Counted from the first letter of the whole stretch, positions 51,495 through 61,197 are shown. The stretch is DNA of 62,830 nucleotides, filler included, from Alphaproteobacteria bacterium (GCA_024280495.1; 5 parts of 5 records of this genome joined end to end with filler, not necessarily neighbours in it); one strand, 5' to 3'. The notes: generated by a model from the letters alone, not told the origin. Program-made: numbers and translations.

Positions 51495-52199
51495 ATGAGT
51501 TTTATCAAAAAAATGACTGTAATTAAAATGTATAGGGGCATCTTTATGGCCAGCTTCATTATGAGTTATGGACCTGTTAGCTCTTCTGAGGTGAATGATT
51601 TAGATTTGGAACAGATTATTAAGATGAGTTTAGTCCTTTTTTCCTTAGAGCAATCGGATTTAGAAAAGGCAATCACAAATAGTTTACTGAGGTTATCAAC
51701 AGGGGAGAGTGATTGCCCTAAAGAAGCGTTAAACGTTTCCCTTTACTCTCAAGGGGGCGGTCCTATAATTGAAAGGGAAATTACGAGTAATGACTACTTA
51801 GAATTTGGAGAGATTTACAAAATTCTTTTTGAAAGGCGTAAAATTCAAATGTTGGATACTGAATTTTTGGCATTTCCAGATCAAATCTTACATTTTAAAG
51901 ACGTTTTTGACTATGGAATCGAAGAGGCAGCAAAAGCTTTGAATCTCACAATGGAGGTAGCTACTGAGTTGAATTATTCAATTTTGAATAGGGAATCCAT
52001 ATTGAAAGATTTAGTGACTAATCCAGCAGATAAAGAAACTTATCTTCTGGAATATATTAAGCAATATGCAGTTTCAAGAAAATTCGCAGAACGTGTTATG
52101 CTCATGTTGCTGAATAAAAAACGGGCCCTTAATTTTTTTTCTTTAAGAATAAAAATATTTTTCAATATTTGTGCTTTCTCAGTTTGTGATAGACTGTAG
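51495..52199 (+). CDS. Hypothetical, probably secreted, with three tandem UIM-like motifs
   Basis: DLDLEQIIKMSL / QSDLEKAITNSL / SDCPKEALNVSL at ~18-aa spacing. Confidence 0.6.
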   Translation: MSFIKKMTVIKMYRGIFMASFIMSYGPVSSSEVNDLDLEQIIKMSLVLFSLEQSDLEKAITNSLLRLSTGESDCPKEALNVSLYSQGGGPIIEREITSNDYLEFGEIYKILFERRKIQMLDTEFLAFPDQILHFKDVFDYGIEEAAKALNLTMEVATELNYSILNRESILKDLVTNPADKETYLLEYIKQYAVSRKFAERVMLMLLNKKRALNFFSLRIKIFFNICAFSVCDRL

Positions 52200-52271
52200 A
52201 GAATTTAAAATAGGTATGACTCCTTGTACCTAGTGTAAAAGTAAAACGGCTCAACGATAAGGTTACTTTAT

Positions 52272-52733
52272 ATGGTCAAAATTGAAGGCGTTCAGACCTA
52301 CCAAGCCACAAAAATTCGCAAGAAAAACAAACCCTCTTCTGCAAAAGGAGGGTCTGAGTTTATGGTTTCATCGGGAGCCCCTGATGCTTCTTCGGTGGTG
52401 GCACAAACTGATGTTGAAAGTGCATCTGAGATAGCTTCTATTGGACAATTAATGGCCCTTCAAGAAGTCGATGATATTAATTCAGAAGGGCGTCGTTCCC
52501 TTGAAAAGGGGGAGAATGCTCTTAAAACCCTTGAGCTTTTACAAAATGAAATTTTGTGCGGACGGGTTTCTAGGCTGTCTCTTGATCGTATTATTGCGGT
52601 GGTGAAAACCATGTCAAAAGATACTTTGGACCCTCATTTAAGTGATGTTGTGGCTCAAATTAAACAACGCGCTATGGTTGAAGTCGCTAAAATAGAAATG
52701 TCTCAAAAAAGAGCAGAAAAAACAGCCTATTAA
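52272..52733 (+). CDS. fliX: Flagellar assembly regulator FliX
   Basis: LMALQEVDD...RRSLEKG...L..L...DPHL......I..RA.VEVAK; adjacent to dksA as in alphaproteobacteria. Confidence 0.82.
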   Translation: MVKIEGVQTYQATKIRKKNKPSSAKGGSEFMVSSGAPDASSVVAQTDVESASEIASIGQLMALQEVDDINSEGRRSLEKGENALKTLELLQNEILCGRVSRLSLDRIIAVVKTMSKDTLDPHLSDVVAQIKQRAMVEVAKIEMSQKRAEKTAY

Positions 52734-52763
52734 CGACATTAAATAAAAAAACAGGAGATTAAA

Positions 52764-53222
52764 ATGGCAGTAGCAAACTTAAAAAAAAAAGATACGGACT
52801 TCGCCACGTCTTTGGCAACGTTGCCACCGGATTATCATCCTTCAACGGATGAAGCCTATATGAATAAATTGCACTTGGAATATTTTCGTCAAAAGTTAGA
52901 GAGTTGGAAAGCAGAACTTTTAAATGAATCCGTTGAAACTATTCAACACATGCAAGAGGAAACCCATAACGAGCCAGATTTAACGGACCGTGCCACAACG
53001 GAAACAGACCGTGCCTTTGAGCTTCGCACAAGGGATCGTGAGCGCAAGCTGATCAATAAAATTAACGATGCCCTTATGCGAGTGACCGATGGATCCTATG
53101 GTTATTGTGAAGAAACAGATGAACCTATTGGTTTAGCTCGACTAGAGGCGCGTCCTATTGCAACTCTCAGTCTTGAGGCTCAAGAGCGCCATGAGCGTGA
53201 TGAAAAAGTCCATAGCGATTAA
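52764..53222 (+). CDS. dksA: RNA polymerase-binding protein DksA
   Basis: YM...LEYFR, DLTDRA, ELRTRDRERKLI, YGYCEET..PI..RLEARP. Confidence 0.96.
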   Translation: MAVANLKKKDTDFATSLATLPPDYHPSTDEAYMNKLHLEYFRQKLESWKAELLNESVETIQHMQEETHNEPDLTDRATTETDRAFELRTRDRERKLINKINDALMRVTDGSYGYCEETDEPIGLARLEARPIATLSLEAQERHERDEKVHSD

Positions 53223-53306
53223 TTTATGAAAAATTTTGAAATGACTATAAAAATGTTTTTTAAATTTTAGGGGTTGTGTCTTTCGATCTGCGTGTTATAT
53301 TAAAGA

Positions 53307-53390
53307 TGACTTAAATTTCTATATTTAAGTCACTTCATACACATAGTCCCCTTCTTGGAAAAACCTTTCGTTTACGAAAGGTTTTTCTTT
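53307..53390 (+). ncRNA. Candidate small regulatory RNA
   Basis: Upstream ttgtgt-N16-tatatt with TGn extension; 10-bp 5' hairpin, C/U-rich linker, strong terminator hairpin. Confidence 0.4.
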
Positions 53391-53480
53391 GTAAAGAGCT
53401 CTTTGTTAAAAAACTTAAAAAATAAAATTAATTTCTTAAGTATAGGGGAATTTTTTGAGTTTGCGTGAGACTCAGGGGCT

Positions 53481-53588
53481 TATAGTCATTCTAAAAACAT
53501 CCCAGACGTCGTCAATCACTCCCGCACCTATAAGTTTATAGGCGTTGGTCCCTCGCTCCTAGACTGGAACCTTTTTAGAATGACTATA
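53481..53588 (+). repeat. Family A MITE-like palindromic repeat (108 bp, best copy)
   Basis: Perfect TIR tatagtcattctaaaaa / tttttagaatgactata; central cctataagtttatagg hairpin. Confidence 0.92.
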
Positions 53589-54127
53589 GTGTGTTGATGT
53601 TTGATTGGAAAATCTCTCGTAGATTTCTTTAATGCGTTTTTTATTATCCACAAGTTTCGTTTCGGGGTAGGCGGGTTTGAAATCATTTTCTTCGAGGTAG
53701 AATGGAATGCTGCTTGGTTTTATGAGGGATGTATGTTTCTGGTGATACTGACCATGATTTGCCACAAGAGACCAGTTTTTTCCATAATAATCCTCAAGGT
53801 AATATTTTGATTGTGCAGGAATGTTTATTTTCAATGGACCAAAATCATGACTTTTTAAAGGAAGTAAATGTTCCGTTTTGACACCTTTATGCCAGCCATC
53901 AGGTATAAGCATGCCTTCACGTTCCCTTGTTAAGAAAATATCAATAAAAGGTTGTGATATGTCTGTATTGTTTTTTTCAAGGTAGGATTTTTTAAGGGGA
54001 GGGGATATGAGTTTATACATAGGTTTTTTTGTAAATGTATACCCAAGTTCTTTCATAATAGGTACAGCTTTTGTGAGGATTTTTTTTTTCGTCTTTTGCG
54101 TGAATATCAATATCAAGGTCATCATCC
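53559..54127 (-). CDS. LicD-family phosphotransferase, partial; frameshift at A10 tract
   Basis: Contig edge reads DDDLDI (LicD PWDDDxD motif) in one frame; downstream FIDIF, LLPLK..FG...IP...YL...YG..W in another. Confidence 0.75.
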
Positions 54128-54227
54128 NNNNNNNNNNNNNNNNNNNNNNNNNNNNNNNNNNNNNNNNNNNNTTAATTAATTAANNNNNNNNNNNNNNNNN
54201 NNNNNNNNNNNNNNNNNNNNNNNNNNN
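54128..54227. other. Artificial contig linker
   Basis: N-run + TTAATTAATTAA + N-run. Confidence 0.99.
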
Positions 54228-55420
54228 CTGAAGATATGCGCAATGAAATTTTGCCTAAAAATATCCTCATGGTTGGTCCAACGGGTGTTGGTAAAACGGA
54301 AATCGCCAGGCGCCTTGCAAAATTAGCCAATGCTCCTTTTGTTAAGGTAGAAGCTACAAAATTCACTGAAGTTGGTTACGTGGGACGTGATGTGGAGCAA
54401 ATAGTACGAGACCTTGTTGATATCGCTATTTTAAATACCAAAGAACAGCAAAAAATAATTATCCAAGGTAAAGCAGAAGCAGAAGCAGAAGAGCAAATTC
54501 TTGATATTCTTGTGGGGGAAGGTGCCACCGATGAAACCCGCCAAAAATTCCGGAAAATGTTCCGCGAAGGGGCTCTGGATGAGAAAGAAATAGAAATTCA
54601 ACTCCCTGAATCCTCCTCTTCATCTATGCCAACCTTTGATATTCCTGGAATGCCAGGGGCACAAATGGGAATGCTGAATATCGGTGAAATGCTAGGCAAA
54701 AGCCTTGGTAATACTCCTTTGAAGCCACGTAAAACAACGGTAAAAGAAGCCTTAAAACTTCTTAGCCATGAAGAGGCTGAAAAACTCATAGATCAAGACA
54801 AAATCATTGCTGATGCCATTTTTTCCGTGGAAAATAATGGGATTGTTTTTTTGGATGAACTTGATAAGATTTGCACCCGTTCTGAGCAACGTGGCGGTGA
54901 TGTAAGTCGTGAAGGGGTGCAGCGGGATCTCCTTCCTCTCATCGAAGGCACAACGGTCTCAACAAAACATGGTGCCGTTAAAACTGATCATATTTTGTTT
55001 ATTGCATCTGGTGCCTTTCATGTGGCAAAGCCTTCGGATCTTTTACCAGAGCTTCAAGGTCGTCTCCCCATTCGTGTCACCCTAAATTCTTTAACTCAAG
55101 AGGATTTTGCCCGTATTTTAGTTGAGCCTGATGCAAGCCTTATTAAGCAATATCAAGCATTAATGAAAGCAGAAGGAGTTACCTTAACTTTTGATGATGC
55201 CAGCATCCAAGCTTTGGCTGAACTTGCTGCGGATATTAATGAAAATGTTGAAAATATTGGTGCCCGTCGTTTACACACCGTTCTGGAAAAACTTCTCGAA
55301 GATATTAGTTTTAATGCTTCCGAGCGTTCAGGAGAAACAGTTGCCATTACACCTAAAGATGTTCTCGATCGTGTTCAAAGCCTTTCTAAAAAAGAAGATG
55401 TATCTAAATTTATTTTGTAA
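54228..55420 (+). CDS. hslU: ATP-dependent protease ATPase HslU (5' end in gap)
   Basis: [52 protein letters not shown]. Confidence 0.98.
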
Positions 55421-55443
55421 ATTTTTGATGGTGGTGTATATCC

Positions 55444-56244
55444 CTAATTAGCAGTAGGTGTCAAAGACAGCCATACGGGGGCATGATCCGAGGGGCGTTC
55501 TTGTAAACGCGTCTCAATATCAATGCCAGAATTTTGAATAAAATCAGCAGCTTTTGGCGAGCAATAAAGATGGTCGATTCGGTATCCCTTATTGTTTTCA
55601 TAACTACCAGAGCGGTAATCCCACCAAGAAAATTTTTTTTGATTTTCATGGAGGGTTTCTGGGTGCACAACACGGTATCCGTCGATCAAGCCTTCGTTGA
55701 TAACGTTTTTTAACGCTTCTCGCTCTTGAAGAGAGCATAAAATACGATTTTTTTCAAAAATATCTGGATTGTGACCATCGCATAAATCAGGTGCTACATT
55801 ATAATCTCCACCAATAATAAGAGATTCATCTTGAGCTAGCAATGCTCGCGCATGTTTTTTTAATGCTTTTAAAAAATTCATTTTATAATTAAATTTATCG
55901 CTATCAATTTTTTGGCCATTGGGCACATAAACACTGGCAACTCGTATTCCACCACAGAAAGCCTCAATGTATCGCGCTTGAGGGTCATTGGAAAGTGTCG
56001 GAAGACCATGGACGACATCTTCAATGGGATATTTTGAGAGGATAGCCACGCCATTATATGATTTTTGTCCCAGCATTTCAACGTTGTACCCAAGATCTTC
56101 CATAGCAGTAAGGGGGAAGGTTTCTTCCATGCATTTTAGCTCTTGCAGAAGAATAATATCAGGATTGCGGTGCGCCACCCATTTTTCTAAAATAGGGAGT
56201 CTTGTTCGAATAGAGTTTACATTCCAGGTTGCAATAAGAGTCAT
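55444..56244 (-). CDS. xth: Exodeoxyribonuclease III
   Basis: ATWNVNS, LQELK, YNGVA, YVPNG, GDYN, WWDYR, RIDH, SDHAP. Confidence 0.96.
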   Translation of the reverse strand: MTLIATWNVNSIRTRLPILEKWVAHRNPDIILLQELKCMEETFPLTAMEDLGYNVEMLGQKSYNGVAILSKYPIEDVVHGLPTLSNDPQARYIEAFCGGIRVASVYVPNGQKIDSDKFNYKMNFLKALKKHARALLAQDESLIIGGDYNVAPDLCDGHNPDIFEKNRILCSLQEREALKNVINEGLIDGYRVVHPETLHENQKKFSWWDYRSGSYENNKGYRIDHLYCSPKAADFIQNSGIDIETRLQERPSDHAPVWLSLTPTAN

Positions 56245-56256
56245 GTTTTTCTTTTT

Positions 56257-56640
56257 TTATATGGAGAAGGAATTACCACAGCCACAAGAGGCATCGGAAT
56301 TAGGGTTTCTAAGGGTAAATGCAGAACCAATCATTTCTTGGACATAATCCAAAGTGACATTTTTTAAGAGGTCATAAGATATTTCGTCGGTTACAATGGT
56401 AACATCCTCAAATTTAAAAATGAAATCATCTTTTTGAACCTTTGACGTAAAATCAAAATTATATTGAAAACCATAGCAGCCACCACTTAGAACTGATATA
56501 CGCAAGAAAATATTTTTGTCTGTCTGCTGTTCTTTTTTGACTTCTTTTTCTTTTAAAAAACGTAATCGTACAAGAGCATCTTCTGAAATAAAAAGCGTGG
56601 AATCAGTAACAATCTGCGGTGAGGTCATTCTATGGGGCAT
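56257..56640 (-). CDS. erpA: Fe-S cluster insertion protein ErpA/IscA family
   Basis: LRISVLSGGCYGFQY, SCGCGNSF; start uncertain. Confidence 0.88.
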   Translation of the reverse strand: MPHRMTSPQIVTDSTLFISEDALVRLRFLKEKEVKKEQQTDKNIFLRISVLSGGCYGFQYNFDFTSKVQKDDFIFKFEDVTIVTDEISYDLLKNVTLDYVQEMIGSAFTLRNPNSDASCGCGNSFSI

Positions 56641-56924
56641 TTTCAAAACCATAATAAAAAATAAATCAGATGAGTAATAAAATATAACACATGACTTTAT
56701 CCCTTTGGTAGTCATTTTATTTCATATTAGTCATTCTAATACTAATCATTGAGTGATAAAAAAATAAAAAATTACTTGAGACACGCGGATCCTATAGAAA
56801 AATTGATTATTTTATTGGCTGTTTTTGTTTAAACATATTGTGACCAGATTAACGGATACTTAATCTATAATGGTTATTTTCATAATAATACTTGATAATT
56901 AAATATAATTTAGAAGGGGTTATT

Positions 56925-57872
56925 ATGATAAAAAGTATATTCGGCGCTTATTTAGTTGCAATTGTGCCAGTTTCTGCATCCGCCTCAGGCGAGGAACTGT
57001 CTGGTGTATTAGATTTTTCATATAAGACAAGTGGTCCTGATCTAGGATCAATGGATTTTCAAATTAAAGGTAAGGACGGTAGGAAATATAAGGTGCAATC
57101 ATATGCAGATAAAATTCAAAAGATCAAAAGAAATGAAACTACTATTGAGAGTAGAAATAGGGTGCGAGAAATGCAGATAAATCTCTTGAATAAATCAGGA
57201 GATTTATTCATGGAAGATATGAACGGTAAAAATGTCTATTTTGTTTTAAATAAAATGGGAACCGTTGATATGAATTCCATCGAATTTGAGAAACTATCCC
57301 ATGAAAACTATAATAGGCTGGGTCATAAAATAAATGTGGATGATTCAATCAATAATAACGTTATGAAGTTGTCTTACTTAAAAAGTACAGAATCTCAAGT
57401 GATAAATAGTACGGTAGATAATAATTTAAAAAACAAACTAGAAAAAGCTTGGACCCTTTTAGAGTACAAATATACAGAGTCACGTGCATCTAATTTGAGC
57501 ATTGAAGACTATGATAATTTATATAATAAAAGGTCTTTAAGTTCCCAAAATAGGAAGAATTTTGAAATTCCTAAGGGAAAATTTCAAATAAATGCGGCTA
57601 ACATATTTAGTGATTTTATAGGGCTTGCAGATTTGAATCAAATGGATGCTCATTCGTCAGAAGGTGTTAAAAAACTTGCTGAAATGGTCATTGAATATGA
57701 ACTTGGGAGTCGCCTGCCTTACTTAAAAAAGAAAAACAATAACGTCATGGTTCAGTTAATTCATGAAATGCAGACCTATCTGAATACTTATTATTTCAGT
57801 TTTGCAAGACAGGGTCGGAGACATATTTTTATGGAGGCATTGCAGGACTTTAAACGCAACAATAATCTGTAG
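56925..57872 (+). CDS. Secreted hypothetical protein
   Basis: Long ORF, signal peptide MIKSIFGAYLVAIVPVSASA, RBS-like gaagggg. Confidence 0.7.
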   Translation: MIKSIFGAYLVAIVPVSASASGEELSGVLDFSYKTSGPDLGSMDFQIKGKDGRKYKVQSYADKIQKIKRNETTIESRNRVREMQINLLNKSGDLFMEDMNGKNVYFVLNKMGTVDMNSIEFEKLSHENYNRLGHKINVDDSINNNVMKLSYLKSTESQVINSTVDNNLKNKLEKAWTLLEYKYTESRASNLSIEDYDNLYNKRSLSSQNRKNFEIPKGKFQINAANIFSDFIGLADLNQMDAHSSEGVKKLAEMVIEYELGSRLPYLKKKNNNVMVQLIHEMQTYLNTYYFSFARQGRRHIFMEALQDFKRNNNL

Positions 57873-57960
57873 CTCCCAATCACTCGGAGGTTGCTGCTAG
57901 AAAAAGCATCATGAATCTAAATTGGTGATTTTAATTAAGATAAAGTTAAGAATATAAGAA

Positions 57961-57983
57961 ATAATCAGGGAAACCCTGATTAT
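57961..57983. terminator. Hairpin between convergent genes
   Basis: ataatcaggg-aaa-ccctgattat perfect 10-bp stem. Confidence 0.65.
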
Positions 57984-58010
57984 AAAACAAAAATATTTAT
58001 TGAAAATGAA

Positions 58011-58217
58011 TTAGTCAACTAGTTTTAGATCAACTGCTGATTCGCGACCGCGATTTTCTGCAACTTCATAAGAAACTTTTTGACCATCATCTAGACCATT
58101 AAGACCAGCCTCTTGAAGGGCAGTAATATGTACGAATACATCGCTGCTTCCTTCGTCAGGTGCAATAAAACCAAATCCTTTAGTCGTGTTAAACCACTTT
58201 ACGGTTCCTGTAGTCAT
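58011..58217 (-). CDS. cspA: Cold-shock protein
   Basis: [21 protein letters not shown]. Confidence 0.95.
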   Translation of the reverse strand: MTTGTVKWFNTTKGFGFIAPDEGSSDVFVHITALQEAGLNGLDDGQKVSYEVAENRGRESAVDLKLVD

Positions 58218-58386
58218 AGTATAATTCCTTTAGTCTATTATAATAATCCCTCGTACGTTTTACGAAGAATAGTAGGATTCAAGTACGCTAACAAGAAAAA
58301 TCAGGAGAATAAACAAATCTCTACTTCACTACTTATACCCTATTTTATAACCAATAGGAATAAAATTATTGTGTAAATTCAGAGGG

Positions 58387-58502
58387 TATAGCTAATCATT
58401 TTTACGTTTATGCTTTGTTGCTGGGCTCTTCGGACATAAGTGGCTATAAGTTATAGCCGTCGTTTCATAAGTTTTGTGTAAGCAAAAAACTAATCAACTA
58501 AT
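58387..58502 (+). repeat. Family B MITE-like palindromic repeat
   Basis: tatagctaatcatttttacgttt...ggctataagttatagcc...agcaaaaaactaatcaacta. Confidence 0.85.
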
Positions 58503-59064
58503 AAGATTTTATGAAACTCTGTATCTCTGAAAGATAATTTTCGCTAAATTTCCCTTTTCTGACCCAAAGAATTTCCCCTTGTTTGTTGATTAAAAAAGCA
58601 TAAACAGTTTCATCATCGATATCCATCATTTTGAAAAATTTAGAACGATCGACATAAATAGTGATTGTTTTCTTTTTATAAGCGGCATCTCCTGATTTAA
58701 GTTTTAACCAATTATTGTAGAAAAAACGTTGAATGTATTCCATTTCATACAAAACAGGCAAGGCATAGAAATCGAGGTTTTTCTCAGAAAGGTTATTTTT
58801 GTGAAAGCCATCACTCCATGTATCAAGAGATTTTTGTTGATCATCATCAAAGGCCAAAACGACAAGATTAAGGGGGGTTTTAAAATCACGGGGTAGCGTT
58901 ATTTCTTTTCCATCAAGGGAAACTCCATAAAGTGTTGGAAAAATTGAATTTTGAGTTGGTTCTAGTTTTGTGATTGTTCCTGCTCCAATGAGAAAAATCT
59001 TGAGTAAGGCAAGGCAAAAAAGAACGATAATTAGAATGATGGAAATTTTCTTTGTTTGTGACAT
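58498..59064 (-). CDS. Membrane-anchored thioredoxin-like (ATP10-like) protein
   Basis: FPTLYGVSLDG..ITLP.DF...LVVLAF...QQ..LDTW; FLINKQGEILW; no CxxC. Confidence 0.6.
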   Translation of the reverse strand: MSQTKKISIILIIVLFCLALLKIFLIGAGTITKLEPTQNSIFPTLYGVSLDGKEITLPRDFKTPLNLVVLAFDDDQQKSLDTWSDGFHKNNLSEKNLDFYALPVLYEMEYIQRFFYNNWLKLKSGDAAYKKKTITIYVDRSKFFKMMDIDDETVYAFLINKQGEILWVRKGKFSENYLSEIQSFIKSY

Positions 59065-59131
59065 GTGCGTAAATCTCCCATGGAATGACTATATATGCAT
59101 TATTATATCATATTTATGCTTTTTCGGCCAC

Positions 59132-59239
59132 TATAGTCGTTCCAAAAACATCTCAAACGTCGTCAGTCATTCCCGCACCTATAAGTTTTAAGGTATTGGT
59201 CTCTCGCTCCTAGACTAGAATTTTTTTGGAACTACTATT
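59132..59239 (+). repeat. Family A MITE-like palindromic repeat
   Basis: tatagtcgttccaaaaa ... tttttggaactactat; aligns end to end with 53481-53588. Confidence 0.9.
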
Positions 59240-59240
59240 T

Positions 59241-60857
59241 TTACCCTTTGGAGATTGCTAGGCGTGCTTGATCCTCTTGGCTGAGATCGCCGAATCGTGT
59301 CAGTCTTGAATCAAAAAAGAGGCGTACTGTGCCGACGGGACCATGACGCTGTTTGGCAAGAATAACTTCGGAAATATTGCGAATATTCTCCATTTGAATT
59401 TGCCACTCACGGTGTGATTCAGTGCCATGATCTGGCTCTTTTCGTTCTAAATAATAGGATTGACGAAAAACGAACATCACAACATCGGCATCTTGCTCAA
59501 TGGATCCTGATTCCCTGAGATCTGATAATTGTGGTCGTTTATCATCTCGTTGTTCCACGGCACGGCTTAATTGTGATAAGGCCATAACTGGTACATGAAG
59601 TTCCTTGGCGAGAGCTTTCAAAGACCTTGTTATTTCAGAAATTTCTTGCACACGGTTTTCACTTTTTTTACCAGCGGTGCCGCTAAGTAATTGTAAATAG
59701 TCGACAATAATACAGCCTAAATTATGTTGGCGTTTTAAACGACGGCATCTCGTTCGTAGGGCAGAAATAGAAAGTGCAGGTGTGTCGTCCATAAAAAGAG
59801 GGAGCTCTGCTAATTCTTTTGCGACATCAGAAAATTTTTGAAAATCATCGCCATTCAAATCACCGCGCCGAATTTTATCGGACACAATACCTGATTCAGC
59901 AGACAAAATACGCCCTGCCAATTGGTCTGCTGACATTTCCAGTGAGAAGAAAGCAACGGCAGCTCCCCCGTCTTTTTCCTTTAGAATAGCTTTTGCTGCA
60001 TTAAAGGCAATGTTGGTGGCAAGGGCCGTTTTTCCCATAGAGGGACGCCCTGCTAGAATTAACAAATCGGAAGGGTGAAGGCCACCTAGTTTTTTATCTA
60101 AGTCGATCATACCCGTTGTCACGCCTACCACATGACCGTCTGTTTTATAGGCAATTTGCGCTGTTTCAATGGAGTTTGCAAGGGCTTCAGCAAAGGGAAT
60201 AAAGCCTCTATCCATGGACCCAGTGGTCGCAAGATCAAAGAGTTGTTGTTCCGTTTGCTCTATAAAATCAGAAGCTTTGGATTCAAAATCAACTTTTCTA
60301 GACTTTGATGCGAGGTTCTGGCTAAGTTCAATAAGCTGACGACGTAAAAAAAGATCGTAAATAATTTTACCGTAATCGGAAGTATTTACCAAAGACACAA
60401 CGGAGGTCGCAAGTTTTGTAAGATAGGATGTGCCGCCAATATCATTTAAAAGATTTTGAGACTTAAAATAATCCTGTAAAGTTACAGGGTCAGCCACTTG
60501 ACCGCGTTCTAGGAGCAGAGAAATAGCGCCATAAATTTGACCATGATTACCATCAGAAAAGTGATCAGCCCTCAGAAAATCAGACACATGTTCATAGGAC
60601 ATGTTGTTATAAAGCAAAGCACCAAGAAGAGCTTGTTCGGCTTCTATATTATGGGGTAATGTTTCCGTTGAAAGAGCAGGTACAAGGGGCGGTATGGCTT
60701 TTTGTTTTTTTGAAGGTGGGGGCTCAAAAGGTTCCGCGTTGGGATCGGCGTTTATATCTATGGGCATATTTAATGAAACATCCTCTAAAGGAGGCATATC
60801 AGAAAAATCTATGACAGGAGCAGAAATATTTTTTTTTGAGGGTGATAAATCTGCCAT
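59241..60857 (-). CDS. dnaB: Replicative DNA helicase
   Basis: PHNIEAEQALLG, AGRPSMGKT, FSLEMS, VDYLQL, LSQLSR, DLRESGSIEQDAD. Confidence 0.98.
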   Translation of the reverse strand: MADLSPSKKNISAPVIDFSDMPPLEDVSLNMPIDINADPNAEPFEPPPSKKQKAIPPLVPALSTETLPHNIEAEQALLGALLYNNMSYEHVSDFLRADHFSDGNHGQIYGAISLLLERGQVADPVTLQDYFKSQNLLNDIGGTSYLTKLATSVVSLVNTSDYGKIIYDLFLRRQLIELSQNLASKSRKVDFESKASDFIEQTEQQLFDLATTGSMDRGFIPFAEALANSIETAQIAYKTDGHVVGVTTGMIDLDKKLGGLHPSDLLILAGRPSMGKTALATNIAFNAAKAILKEKDGGAAVAFFSLEMSADQLAGRILSAESGIVSDKIRRGDLNGDDFQKFSDVAKELAELPLFMDDTPALSISALRTRCRRLKRQHNLGCIIVDYLQLLSGTAGKKSENRVQEISEITRSLKALAKELHVPVMALSQLSRAVEQRDDKRPQLSDLRESGSIEQDADVVMFVFRQSYYLERKEPDHGTESHREWQIQMENIRNISEVILAKQRHGPVGTVRLFFDSRLTRFGDLSQEDQARLAISKG

Positions 60858-60898
60858 GGGTTTTTTTTTCTTATTTTTAAAAATTTCAAGGAAATGGA

Positions 60899-61099
60899 TT
60901 AAGCTAAAATATCTGGTAGCAGCTGTTGATTAATACGGGCTATTTGATCGCGAACCAATAGCTTTTTCTTTTTCAATCGTTGGACAGCCAATTGATTAAC
61001 AATTGATTCCCTTAACAAATCACTGATCATGGTATCAATATCACGATGCTCATCTTTTAGAAGGTCTCGCTTTTTTTTGAGGGATTCTTGTATATCCAT
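60899..61099 (-). CDS. DUF465 (YdcH) small coiled-coil protein
   Basis: EHRDID..I......NQL..QRLKKKKL..RDQI......PDILA. Confidence 0.88.
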   Translation of the reverse strand: MDIQESLKKKRDLLKDEHRDIDTMISDLLRESIVNQLAVQRLKKKKLLVRDQIARINQQLLPDILA

Positions 61100-61197
61100 G
61101 GGTCAATACTCGTATAGGCTTGAATTTACGTGGATTTTCTTAAAATTATATCAGAAGTGTTGTAGTTTTTCTATATAAATAAGTCATTCTAAGAATC

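Noticed and set aside
52764..53222. DksA with only one Cys (no zinc finger)
   Set aside because: Normal for alphaproteobacterial DksA
6733..54227. Four identical TTAATTAATTAA motifs within N-runs
   Set aside because: Artificial six-frame-stop linkers, not biology; ORFs containing X residues that cross them are artefacts
25204..59239. Repeated palindromes considered as CRISPR repeats or integron attC sites
   Set aside because: They are dispersed singly with no regular spacers, no cas or integrase gene, and have TATA termini typical of MITEs
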